A stretch of 64,000 nt of DNA, taken from positions 100,192,001 through 100,256,000 of the forward strand of contig OZ241826.1 of NCBI GenBank assembly GCA_965202585.1, in the 5' to 3' direction. This DNA comes from Thalia democratica (taxonomy: Eukaryota). How positions within the stretch are numbered: the first letter of the stretch is position 1; each line of letters opens with the position of its first letter. The notes beneath the pieces were generated by a model, which had not been told where the DNA came from, did no database searches, and saw only the letters and a program-made list of their open reading frames with translations. Below, in pieces: positions 29,645 through 41,881 of the stretch. The position numbers and the translations under genes are program-made.

Positions 29645-30931
29645 GTGAGTTTTGTTGTTTTCTTTCTTGTCATGAATAACTATGAATATTAAAATGTTTG
29701 TTTCTTATTTTTAGAAAACTTTAATTCTGGACTTATCTTAATAGCTGTTTTAAAAACATACTTTTAAGTGAGTCAAGTAATAAATTAAAAAACCATAACA
29801 AAGTATTCTAGTTTTATAACCTAAATTTTAGCTTTTAAGTCAACTTGTATTGGTCATTTGAGATAATAAGGTAAAGTTAAAATTAACTTTTACTAACTTT
29901 TTGAATTACACTTTGTAATTATATTTGACAAAACTTAAGTAGAAAACTTTAATTAAATATGATTCTAACTCTAGGTAAGATATGGTGTAACTAATGAGCT
30001 AGAAAACTAAGATACAAATTAATCAAAAAAATGCTTTTTTTCTAATTTATCAAAAGTTAAAATCTTACACTATAAGATATAATAAATTAAATGTCCATTT
30101 TTAAAAACTACCATTTTAATTTAACAACGAATACTTTAACATTTTTTCTTATCTTTTAGCAAAATAGGGCGCTAATAATATGTCTTAGGGACATTGTAAT
30201 CCCCTATTATGAATACTTTCAACTAAACATAACAACTTCCAATATCCAACACGGTAATATGAAGGTCACCCTAGTCACAAGTTAATTTGTTGTTAAGTTT
30301 TGTTGCTGTAAATAGCTGAAAACTTCAAAATGTTTTGCATATAAAATAGCCAAAAAGATAACTATTTTAAACATGATTTATTTTAGAACCATAAAACATT
30401 TTCTTACAGCAATAAACGTGATTTGAAAGAATTTTAAAAACTATTTTGTATCTATTTAAATTTTTAAAGAACTGTTTTGGTAAATAAAAGTATTTTCAAG
30501 ATAAATTTAAGTATTTTTTACTACACCTTCTAAGGTTTATTATAGCTAACAAGAAAAGTTAACATATTTTGTATAACGGCGGACTAAGGAAACCAGTTAG
30601 AGTAATATACAAATATAAAATACTTAAAAAAAAAAAAATAATTTTTTTATTAGTTTTAGTTAAAGCTTATCATATTTTTTTTTCAATCAGCCGTCTCAAG
30701 GACCAGCTATTTTACTAATGGTTAACCTAATCCAGAGGACTCAAAAAACAACAAGACAACGCGCGCTTACGCTAGAAATTGTAAAAAATATTTCCTGCAG
30801 TGTAGTGTAAATCCGATGGATATTGTCAGGCTTATAGAGGTGCTCGACTTGTAATTTGTAAAATAATTTAAACTTTAAAATTAACAAAACAACTTTTTTG
30901 ATTTTTTCTGTAAAGGTACGGTAAGCTTTAC

Positions 30932-33900
30932 GGGTGGGTGTTAGAATGACACAGCGACAAAATGACACGGTGCGTCACTTTGGCACGGCGACAAAATGAC
31001 ACGGTGCGTCACTTTGGCACAGCGACAAAACGACACGGTGAGTCACTCTGGCACGGTGCGTCACTTTGGCACAGAGGGTCACTTTAGCACGGTGACAAAA
31101 TGACAGGTGCGTCACTTTGGCACAGCAACAAAATGACATGGTGCGTCACCTTGGCACGTTGCGTCACTTTGGCACGGAGGGTCACTTTGGAACGGCGACA
31201 AATGACACGGAGCGTCACTTTGGAACAGCGACAAAATGACACGGTGCGTCACTTTGGCACAGAGGGTCACTTTGGCACGGCGAAAAAACGACACTGTGCG
31301 TAATTTTGGCACTGAGGGTCACTTGGCATAGCGACAAAATGAAACGGAGCGTCACTTTGGCACAGCAGCAAAATGACACGGTGCGTCACTTTGGCACAGA
31401 GGGTCTCTTTGGCACAGCGACAAAACGACACGGTGCATCACTTTGGCACGGAGGGTCACTTTGCCACAGCGACAAAATGACACGGTGCGTCACTTAGACA
31501 AAGCGACAAAATGACTCAGTGCGTCACTATAGCATGGATAAACAAACTTACAAGCAAAACTAAACTTCTTCAGTAATGTAACTTTTAATTGTAAAATTTT
31601 GATAGCAGTTAGTTAAACGAAAAAAAATATTATCTTTTTTCCAAACTATAGTAGCTCGATACATTTGAAACTATATATGATACAAAGCTTTAAAATTTAA
31701 ATCATAGTATAAAAACAAAAACATTCTTAAGTTTTATTTGTTACGTTTCACGACTTTTCATATTTATGTAATGAATAAAGTTTAGTACTTTTTGTTAAAC
31801 GTTTAATTAATTATTATCAGGAATTGTTATAAAAAAAAACTAAGATTTAATTTAATACAGACTTATTTCGTTGTAAGAATAAGTCATGCGTGTTTTAACT
31901 CTAGTTTTTAAAAATACAGAGTTTAGCTGCTTTTGTAGTAACTAACCAGTTATATTAAAAATGTCTAATATTTTAACCTATTAGTTTGTTTAAATATAAA
32001 AGTTTTTTTATTACTATTTTTTAAACGACAAAAGGTTATCGCTCGAAAAGTTATACCAAAGAACATTTCAGTTATCGAGTCGTAAATCACATGCTTTAAC
32101 AATCTATTATGAGCAGTTAAAAATAGATTTTTCTAATGTCAAGTCCTAAATTTACAAAAACATATTCAATAAAGTTAATAAGTTAGGATGTTTACTTAAA
32201 ACACTGTATTGAAAATGTATAATAAACTTGTCTAGAAGCAAATAATTAAAATAAACGGTCCTGGAGCCTAAATTTATGAAAAAGTTAAAATAGTATTATG
32301 AACAGTTGAGAGAAAATTAAGAGTCTGTTGGAACTATTCATGCGCATTTATATATTTATCACTTTTAAGAAATTTAAGCACTAGAGGTTATACAACTTGA
32401 GTCCTAATAAATCAAAATTAGTTATTCTTAAAAATAGTGTATTAAATTTTAAGTTTATCGTTAATTTAGTTAAATCTATTAAAGTTAATACTATAAGTCT
32501 TTTTTATTTTTACAAAACTTTGTAGACTAAAATATAAAGAATTAAACTTAGAGTATGACAGATATTATAGTATTTTTTTGCATATAAGGAATTAAATAGC
32601 ATTTATACTATTAGTTTTAGTATTATAATAGTAAGAAAAATTGTACTTTGCTAAAGCAAGTCTACAATAGTCTATTTCAAGTGTGTAATAGTAATTTATT
32701 GAGTTTTATTTAAAGAGGTGCTTGATGAGGGAATTTTTTGCTAAAAAAACTAATTTATTTGCGGTTATTTGTATTATACTTTTATTTATGCATTTTTAGT
32801 GCTTAGGTGCACAATTTTATTTGCAAAAGAGCATTATACTTCTACTTCTAAGTGCACGATATATGTTGCAACTAACAAAAGTCGCATAGAGGCGCAAAAT
32901 TTCGATTATTTAAGTTAAGTGCACAATGATTTTTTGAAGATGTTGCTACTAACGTAAATCGTCAGGCAACGCAGTATTTTAGTTCAGAATTGCAACGTAT
33001 TAAGTCGCCAAAAGAGCGCAAGTATTACTTTTTTTAAGCTTAAAAACGTAAAATATGAACCGCATTAGAATTTAGAATAACAACAGCAGAAAAATTGTTT
33101 TCGATAACGTCTGAGTTTTAGTTTATAAAACAAATTTTCCTCTGTGTTTACACCTACTAGTTTATTGTTTTGATGTGATGAATGATTGGTCTAAAATGTA
33201 GATTGTACTTTTTTAATCAGAATGTTGCTGAAGTTTAAAAAATATGTTAATATAAAATTTTATCTTTCTAGTCGTAAAATGGCAAGTCATTTTTTAGTTT
33301 TTATTACTTGTTTCAAGTTTTGGTACAAAACTGCGTTTAAATTATTCAAATCGAAAGAAATCAAAAATAAATTCCCTTTAACTTTGTCAGTCGTATTTTG
33401 TTAAAAAAGTTGCTGCTTTTGCAGCTTTGTTAACGTTGTATGATACAAATAATTTTTTGTCGTTTATTAAGCACAGCTTTTAAGCACACCTTACACCTTG
33501 CTAATGCTTAAAAATGAGTATGTTGTTTATAAGTGCGACGATGGACAATAGAATGTGTAAACATTACGTGTTCATTTTATTTTATGAAGTCACAATCAAA
33601 AATTCCTGCGATCTTTTTTTTTAAAGTTAATCAATGTGATTGTAGCTGATTCTACAAAAAAGGTTAGAAGACAGGAAACCGAAAATTTTCCTAGAAAAAT
33701 AAGATCGTTGTCCATACCAATGAAGATTGAAGTTTCACAAAAAAATCGTTCCCTCCCTTATTAACCACAGTGTCATTTTGTCGCTGTGCTAAAGTGACCC
33801 TCCGTGTCATTTTGTCGCTGCGCCAAAGTGACCCTACGTGCCAAAGTGACGCACCGTGTCGTTTTGTCGCTGTGCCAAAGTGACCCTCCGTGCCAAAGTG

Positions 33901-34273
33901 ACGCACCGTGTCATTTTGTCGCTGTGTCAAAGTGACTCTCCGTGCCAAAGTGACGCACCGTGTCGTTTTGTCGCTGTGCCAAAGTGACCCTCTGTGCCAA
34001 AGTGACGCACCGTGCCAAAGTGATTCACCATGTCATTTTGTCTCTGTGCCAAAGTGACGCACCGTGTCATTTTTTTGCCGTGCCAAAGTGACCCTCTGTG
34101 CCAAAGTGACGCACCGTGCCAGAGTGACTCACTGTTTCATTTTGTCGCTGTGACAAAGTGACGCACTGTGTCATTTTTTGCCGTGCCAAAGTGACCCTCA
34201 GTGCTAAACTGATGCAACGTGCCAAGGTGACGCACCGTGTCTTTTTGTTGCTATGTCATTCTGACCCGCTCCC
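30932..34273. mobile_element. Foldback-type DNA transposon (3342 bp) with long modular inverted arms and 8-bp TSD
   Basis: The element starts GGG and ends CCC. An identical AGCTTTAC flanks it at 30924-30931 and 34274-34281. The left arm (about 30945-31530) and right arm (about 33768-34260) are reverse-complement arrays of 16-18-bp modules (ggtgcgtcactttggcac, agagggtcactttggcac, agcgacaaaatgacac). No intact transposase is inside. Confidence 0.9.
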
Positions 34274-35229
34274 AGCTTTACTTGCGTTATCTTTTAGAAA
34301 AATTCAGTTAATTTTATTAAAATACATTATATATTAATAAAATATATTAATTAAAAATGTAAATTAAAAAGTTAAGTGGGTGATTTATACCATATAAAAA
34401 AGTTATTAATGCATAATTTATGTAACTCATTTTAGTTTTCACGATTAACATATTTTCTTAAGTTTTTGATCTTTTAAATCTAGTTTAGGCTTATTAATAA
34501 AACACACTATTGTTTAATTAAAGCTTAAAATATTTCTGTTACTAACGTTTTATTTTTTTATATTTTTTAGGTGCAGAATGTATGCGGTGTATCAAAGAAA
34601 ATTTCAAATCGTCTAACTAGCTGTTAACAGTTTTGTACAATTTATTAATGCTTAGTCTAATTGCTAAACATTTTTTAAAATCGGTTATCTTTATTTTAAA
34701 AACTTTATTCTGTTCTGAAATTGTCTACTTAGTTATGCGCATGTTTAAAACTTTTCTTCAATTTAATTTAACTATCACTTGATATATATTACAGAATCAT
34801 TTTAATCTGATGTATTTTCATATGCTATTATTTTCCACACTGTTTTTTGTACAAAGTCGTAACATATTTATGTAAGTTTTAACGAAAAACTTGTTTTGAA
34901 TAGCTCACTAAATAAAGTAAATTCGTATCTATTTATGCCAGTTTATCTAAAGATTTGAATTGTACTGCAGTTTAATGACGATATTTTGTGTAAATCCATT
35001 ACTAATAGTAAATTTATGACGTTTGATATCTTAGAGTTTAACCAATCAAATTGTAACTCTTATTTTGTCTGTGTAAAACTTTTACACAGTTTTCAATTGT
35101 AGATTAATCTTTGTAACAACAGTAACTGGTGTGTTAAAAGTTTTTCAAAAAACAAGTGATAATTAACCGACTTGTATGTGTAAATATACATATTTTTAGC
35201 ATCTAAAAAACTAAGATAGTTGGTATACT

Positions 35230-35432
35230 ACCAAAATCCACTCGCGTTCAAAATTAACCGTTTTTTTAAACTTTTTCGTTATTAACAAATTTAATTTATA
35301 TATTTTTGATTTTTTTTTCACTATCACTGTTACCCCTAACCCTTACTCTCGTTCGGTGAGCAGTTTTCGAATTTGATTGGGTGGATTTGGGTCTGGTAGA
35401 TTTTGAACGCAGGTGGATTTTGAACGTGTCCC
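35230..35432. mobile_element. Small MITE-like element
   Basis: Imperfect inverted ends are aaaatccactcgcgttcaaaat and attttgaacgcaggtggatttt. The interior contains cccctaaccct. Confidence 0.5.
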
Positions 35433-35697
35433 GTGATAGTTATTAAAAAATGGCGAATAAATTTTAAATTTTCAACGAGTTGATCTATTAAGGTCATCCA
35501 TGTTTGATTTGTATGTGACCTTTTAAGTAATCACATTACTGACAATAAACTAACTTGCAGCAATCTTCCTAACCAGTCTGTGTTGATTTTTATTTTAAAC
35601 TTTTTTAGTTTTAATTATCTGCTCGAAATACAAACTAATATTTCGCAGAGAGTTAAAAAAACATTTAGTTTGCTTTTTTCACTGTTAGTTTTAAGAA

Positions 35698-35830
35698 TAG
35701 GGGTGGGCAACGTACAACCAGCGAAGTAAAAGTTGGAAAGCCGGTCAAAGGGGAAATTTACTAAGTTTAAGTTGATTTCGTCGGCGAAGGGTTAAACTGT
35801 GGCCCTCGAGCATGTTAAAATGACCGAATT
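35698..35830 (+). mobile_element. hAT-like transposon terminus fragment
   Basis: 'taggggtgggcaacgtac' resembles (C/T)AGGGGTGGGCAAC hAT termini. No matching second TIR was found. Confidence 0.3.
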
Positions 35831-36829
35831 TTGAAACTTAAACTAAACACAGTAAGGAAATGATCACATAGGATTACTATTTCCTCAAATTTAAATCAGA
35901 TAATAGAGTACTTTCCGTTAATTAAACAGAATGAAATACTCCGGTTTGCTAAGGACTTAACTTTTCTACATATGGCTCGCTGACTACAACCACACTCTAC
36001 CCGTATTCCGGAGTATACGCACGTGTAAAAGTTTTGAACAAAAATCAGTTTATGCTTTAGTGTTTTGTCAAGAATCGTTTTAATTTAGTTTTGAGTCTAC
36101 CAATGGTAGAGGCTTGCAAATTAAGTTTTCAAAGTGTAGGTTAGTTATTTGAATAATAAAAACAACTTTTTTTAGGTAGGTATATATTTTAATAAGTAAG
36201 TTTTATAAGTATACTACTGTATGGTAATAACCTTTATAAATCAGCCTTAATAATTAAAAAATATAATTATTCAATGGAATTTATAAGAGTAATTTCAATA
36301 CACCTATTGATTACTTAGTAGAAGTCTGTAATCAAGATACTAGAGGCTATAAATGGTTAACAGAAATAACTTTAAATTGCTGTTTTAATAAAATTATTTA
36401 AGCTTATACATTATCACTATACTATATCAATCAGGATAGTTATCTCTAACTATTAAAGTGCTTGCTTATGGCACAGTTATATTTGCACTGTATAATCTTA
36501 ACAATCTTTCACTTACTTAGCATTTTTACAGTAACGGAATAATTTTATTGATAAAAGTTATTTTTAAGTTGAACAAAAACATTTCTGAGAGGATTTTTTA
36601 TACAGTAAGTTAAAACACATGAGATGAAGTATTGACTAATCACTTTATTCTATTTTTCTTTCAGGTACGATTAATTTTAGCATGACTTCTAATTTACCAA
36701 CTCAACTAGTATACACAATTGGTAGCTTAACCATAGTACCAACTATCAAATGATTTTGTAGATTTGTTCAAATATTACTTCTGGGGTTCTGTTCCTTAAA
36801 ACTAGATTAGGTGAACTTTTAAATATGTA

Positions 36830-38330
36830 TCATTTAAACTTATTATAAGTTACTCTTGATCCTTTATCAGGACTAAGCTGATTAATAAGATTTGCTTAAA
36901 GATTTTGAACTTGTAAAGCTTCTGTAAATAGTAGATCATTATAAGAACTGCACGTTTTAATGATTTCAAAACAATTATAATAGTTGTTACAACAAAATGC
37001 ACAATTCTTGATATGTTTAAATGCCGCACAATTAGTTGGAGTCACATGATCTTTAACTGTTATGAAAAGTTCTTTTTTAGTCTTTGCAATATACTGGTTG
37101 TTATACCAATATACCTGGACACATAAACTTGTACACTAAGCAACATTGATACATATGATTATCAAGTCCTTTAGGGAGAAATATTTCCCAGATCTTTGTG
37201 TTTTATATGCAATACGTCTTTATACTCTGATGTCTTTAAACACAGCTTTGATGTTTTTGGATTATTTCTCTGATATCTTTCTAACATATGGTATTGTAAT
37301 GTAGTGTTTGTTATCATCTTTATTTTCAATCAGTTCTGAATCAAAGTTTTTATTTTGTATTTGGTCATTGATAAACTTGGTCGAGAAAGAGTTTTAGTCA
37401 GACATTTTATAACTTTTTATCACATGTTATTTTGTAGATCTTCTAAGACGAGATTTGGTTTTTTGTAGTACAGGTTTTTAACTAAATTGATCTTCTACGA
37501 CTGCGATACACACAAGTTAAAGTTCAAAAGCAGGCCTGTGATTGTTGGTTTTCTGTAGACTGATGTTACGATCCTATTGTTTTTCATTGTTACCTTTGTA
37601 CAAAATATCTTAGTTTACCTTATTGGCAAATTCCAATTTCAAGTTTCATATCTTTGTGCATTTCGTTGAGGTTTTTTATCAAACTGATATATTTGTTCTT
37701 TGTTTTCGAAAATGAAGAAAATGTCATAACATCTGCGATACATTTTAGGTTTTTTTAGTTTTGTTGAGTAACTCTGTCTCTTATTGACTGACAAATCAGT
37801 TGGTCAGTAAAAATGAAAGAGGTGATCCCATTGATAATCCGTCTCTTCTAATATACTGCGTCATTAAAAAGATAGATGCTTTGTGGATGTTCTTTTAGAA
37901 GACTTTTAGATACTGTTTGAGTCATTTTTGATCGAGCAAATATTGAACTAGGATTTTCTATGTACACTACTTTTGTAACATTGATGATAGTTTCTTTCAA
38001 CGAGACGTTAGTACACATTCTTAGTACAGAAATGCTTAAATTGTTATAATAAAAGTTGTAATAAAAAAAGCCTTGTGGTTTGCAATAAAATGGTATCTTA
38101 ATACATTTAAAGGTCTATCTAAAGCTCAATTTATCATGTATGTATCGTTTAATTTTTATTTTGCTCAACTTAATTGTTTTGTACAAAAAGTGCTGGTCAG
38201 CCAAGCTCGTTTAACAAATAGCAAATAGTTGACAATAGCAAGTCATCATTGTACTTTTTATAAAAATGGATGAGCTTTATTAGTTAAGAGTAAGTAAGTA
38301 TATTGAAAAAATAAAACTGCTCAAACATTA
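36830..38330 (-). mobile_element. Degenerate Penelope-like retroelement (RT + GIY-YIG)
   Basis: Minus-strand relics are TNVSLKETIIN, QYIRRDGLSMGSPLSFLLTN (RT motif B) and YRRCYDIF (YVDD-like). Downstream are HYITIPYVRKISEK, LVYKFMCPG..NQYIAKTKKELF..DHVTPTN..FKHIKNC (GIY-YIG) and NQLSPDKGSRV. Confidence 0.85.
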
Positions 38331-38873
38331 TGGTCTAAAGACGTGGGTGTAGAGAAAGACCTCACTGACATTGAATTAAAATAAAACTATACGAGTTAAG
38401 ATAAAAAGTATCAGCTAAAATAGACTACCGTACATTTTACGAGTCGGCAGTAAATTAAATTTCACAGGCAAAGTTTTTTATTTAAGGTTGCTCGCGGGCC
38501 GCATGCTTTGTAAAAAAAAAATCTCCGTCATTCACAGTTATTTTCAAATAATTCCAGTAACAATCTTGAAAACCTTCGAAACCAAAAAGAACCAAGATAA
38601 GCACAAGTAGTTTGATTTTATCAGAAAAAAAAGTTTTATATAATTTTGTATTTTTTTTTTAATCAGGCTGCAGATTTATACTTTGAAGGCTGCAGTTTGC
38701 CAAAACTCCTTGTTTATTAGTACCAAATTTTATTAATTAGTTTTAATCTTATTGATTTTGAAGCCTAAACGTTCATGAATAGTTGTTTTACAAAAATATT
38801 TATAATTTCAACAAAGGGTTAGTCAGACAAGTCGTATACTATCTATGATAATTTTCACTTTTACTAGTTTTGT

Positions 38874-38875
<2 letters not shown>

Positions 38876-38904
<29 letters not shown>
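38876..38904. repeat. (TA)n microsatellite, about 14 units
   Basis: Directly visible. Confidence 0.95.
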
Positions 38905-38907
<3 letters not shown>

Positions 38908-38916
38908 AGCTTATTC

Positions 38917-39817
38917 ACTTTCTACTGAGCCCACTTAAAGGGCTTTTAGATAACTTTTTAGAAAAATTCGATTTTAAAAATTCCAGTAAATATGTTTCAT
39001 AAAATAAAAAAAACGATTGTCTTTAACTTTCAGCTTGTTCAATTTAAAATAAAAATACAAATAGGTAAACAGAGATGCAAAAGTTATACAAAAAACAAAA
39101 ATCAAAATATGACGTAAGAATTGAACTTTGTACATTACAAATATTCGCTGCAAAAATTGATCATCCATCTAACCAAACAAACAACTAAAATTCACAAAAA
39201 CCACAGTTAAGTGACAATAAAATACTTTAATATTATTATACTTATTGACGTTTACTAGTTTTTTTAAGTCACTTAATGGTATTTCGTAAAAGTTTGAAGT
39301 TTTATCAGAATGTACAATCAAATTTTTGCACTTACTTATGTCCTGCAAAATCTTCAAAAGTTCATTTTGGAAACAGCTTCTGCTTGTCTGAACTCCACCT
39401 TTTGCACCATTTACATTAGATCTTCGTCAAAAGCCTGTAGATGTTGTGTTGGCTTAGGTGTTCGTGTTTTGAACCCGTATGTTTCGTGTTTTTCTGAAGC
39501 CACTTGATCTTCTTTATAAAAGAACTTCGCTTTCTACCGCATCCGTCTTTCTAAATATTTGGTCTTCTGAATCAGTGCTTCTTTATAAACATCTTGTTTG
39601 GCACACGGGATGTTCTTAGTTGAAAGCTTAATACTAAACTATTTAAAAATAGGACATTTTCAAAGAAAGTAGTTTCGTTTACTGTGCTCGACAAAAATTT
39701 GAAGCTCAAATACAAAATAAGTATATTATTTTTATTAAATAACTTTCTACTGAGCCCAATTAAAGTGCTTTAAAAGAGTTTATTAGGAAAATTCGATTTT
39801 AAAAGTTCCAGTACATA
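38917..39817 (-). mobile_element. Internally deleted Penelope-like element bounded by direct repeats of about 75 bp
   Basis: Direct repeats at 38917-38993 and 39742-39817 (actttctactgagccc..attcgattttaaaa..ttccagta). Between them the minus strand encodes NIPCAKQDVYKEALIQKTKYLERRMR*KAKFF..ETYGFK..AFDEDL and ILQDISKCKNLIVHSDKTSNFYEI, which resemble the N-terminal part of a PLE ORF. Confidence 0.7.
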
Positions 39818-40781
39818 TATATATATTTATATAAGTAGAATTGTTTATTAAACTACAAACAAAAGGACTAAATTATTTGGTACAAGGACTTGGTGTACAA
39901 ACAAATCTTTAGGTTATCGAGTCTAAAACAAGTCTTTTGGCTTTAGCTTTTATTTCTATTTATATTTTCATTTGTATTATAAACGTGTTAAAACATTATA
40001 TAAAAAAAGCTACAGTTTAATATAGTTGCAATAAACATGATTTTCTATTCAGAATAAAATTTTAAAGCAGATTTGCAAAGTCAACTAAGAGAAAAATAAA
40101 AAATGTGTTGTTTAAGTCTACTAATTTATACAATAAGTTACATATAAGTATTATACTATTATGCTTAATACAAATCAGTAAAATATGGGCTTCTAAGTCA
40201 ATTTGAATACATATTGGTTTTCCAATATGTAGTTTTTATTGTTAATTACACATGTCCTAGTTTATATTATAGTCTAAAAAACTAACACTAAACTTATATT
40301 TTGACTAAATATATTGATTTTATATTTTTAACTATGTTTCTGTTCGATATGCTTCATAATACATTAAAAGCTGTTTAAAATAATAGAATAGCATATTGAA
40401 CATCAATATCTTATAAATTTTTTTTATTTTTAAACGAATTAAAAAAACTATAATCTATGAAAATTTGGATTTTATTACATAAAAGATACATTAAACTTTA
40501 AACAGTTTATTTAACATTAATAACTCAAGTGTAAAAAAAATATAACTTTCAGTAAAAAAATATTTTTTTGTAAATTTTAAACAAAAAAGCATGTCCAAAA
40601 CCAACTGAGTATGACAAAAAGAGTTTAAAGTATACGTGTAAAAAAAAAGTTTAAAGGTACTTGTAAAACATGCTTTAATATTAAAAAAACATAACTAAAC
40701 AACTTGTCGATCATTTTAGTAAAAGAAATATCTGTATTGTTTACATAAAAGTTTAAACAGTTGGTATCAAAAGTGAGATCT

Positions 40782-41881
40782 TCAGATGGCATTTTCTTTA
40801 CAGAGGTTGCAATTTTTACCGCAATTCGTGAGGCTGCGAAGATTGTAGAAGCCTCTGGTTCTTCTAAGCTGATTTTTTTTCAATCAAGTATTATTAGTAA
40901 ATAATAGAATATACAACAAAAGATTGTTTATATAATAGTTTTTACTATTAAAATTTTTTGATATATTATGTTGTTTATTGTTTTAAAATATTTTAAACAA
41001 AAACCAACAACTGCTAGTCGATTAAGCAGTTTACATTTATTTAAGAGAAGTTAGACCATTATAAGAAGTACTGTAAAAAAAATTAAATAAACAAAGTACT
41101 AGTTTAATACATTAAAAAAAAACTAACCTTTACAATGCTCTTAATAATTATAACTATAAAGTTTACACGCTATGTCTACTTAATAAGTTTTGAATGTTAA
41201 CAGAATTAAATAAAAATAAAAAACTAACCGCTGTTGCGGAGTTATCGAACATTCTCAATCGTGGAAACTTATTTTCTTTATTTTTCTTGATGCTTCCCGA
41301 GACTGTAAAGTATAGTATTAGTTAACAATAAAAAAAATTGTGTTTAGGTTTACTTAGAACAGTTTTGTTCTTTTATAGCCAATGTTTGGTTAAAATATAT
41401 AAATTTTTAAATTGATACAGCAAAATGTTTTGAGTGGTAATTTATAAAGATTTAATTGAATATTTTTAGTAGTTGTTAAAAGTATTTGATATACCGTTTA
41501 TTGTATATTAAACGTCTAAAGTTTGACCTAATAGTGTATACATTGTTCTAAAACAAGTTAGATATTTTGTAAATAAGCTACATTTATACATGGAAAGCTT
41601 AACATAAATGTAACTAACTTAAAATACAGACTTATGAGAGAAACTAGTTTGCTTTGAACTAAAATATTGTAGTATAAGCACCGATTAATAGATTAGTTTC
41701 ATTTAAACTATGTTTGTACTTTATAATTACTATTCAACTTATGTGTAAGATAAAACAATTTAAGCCCTAAAATTATTCAAAAATTCAAATACTACAAACA
41801 TTTGTAGTTCGTCGGCACAGTGAACCTTCTGTTTTTCTTCTCCTTTTCTTGCATGAACTTGTCAACGAAATTTTTTGTCAT
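40782..41881 (-). CDS. Spliced 80-aa basic protein of unknown function, ending in CxxxCxxC
   Basis: join(41800-41881, 41229-41302, 40782-40868). All junctions are GT-AG and phases match (1, 0). Product: MTKNFVDKFMQEKEKKNRRFTVPTNYKFSGSIKKNKENKFPRLRMFDNSATALRRTRGFYNLRSLTNCGKNCNLCKENAI*. An in-frame stop lies just upstream of the ATG. Confidence 0.6.

Noticed and set aside
33400-33760. Possible FLYWCH/transposase fragment inside the foldback element (minus strand)
   Set aside because: It needs several frameshifts and gives only a vague C/H pattern.
31100-33948. ORF-track entries at 31100-31497 and 33691-33948
   Set aside because: They are translations of the foldback arm modules; the repetitive peptides are open on both strands.
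30790-34620. Possible small gene spanning the foldback insertion (island at 30.8 kb, acceptor at 34570, AECMRCIKENFKSSN*)
   Set aside because: No convincing start or donor gives a coherent ORF.
36700-36790. Hammerhead-like remnants after the second PLE and in the 38.9/39.7 kb direct repeats
   Set aside because: Neither the CUGANGA nor the GAAA core is retained well enough to call.
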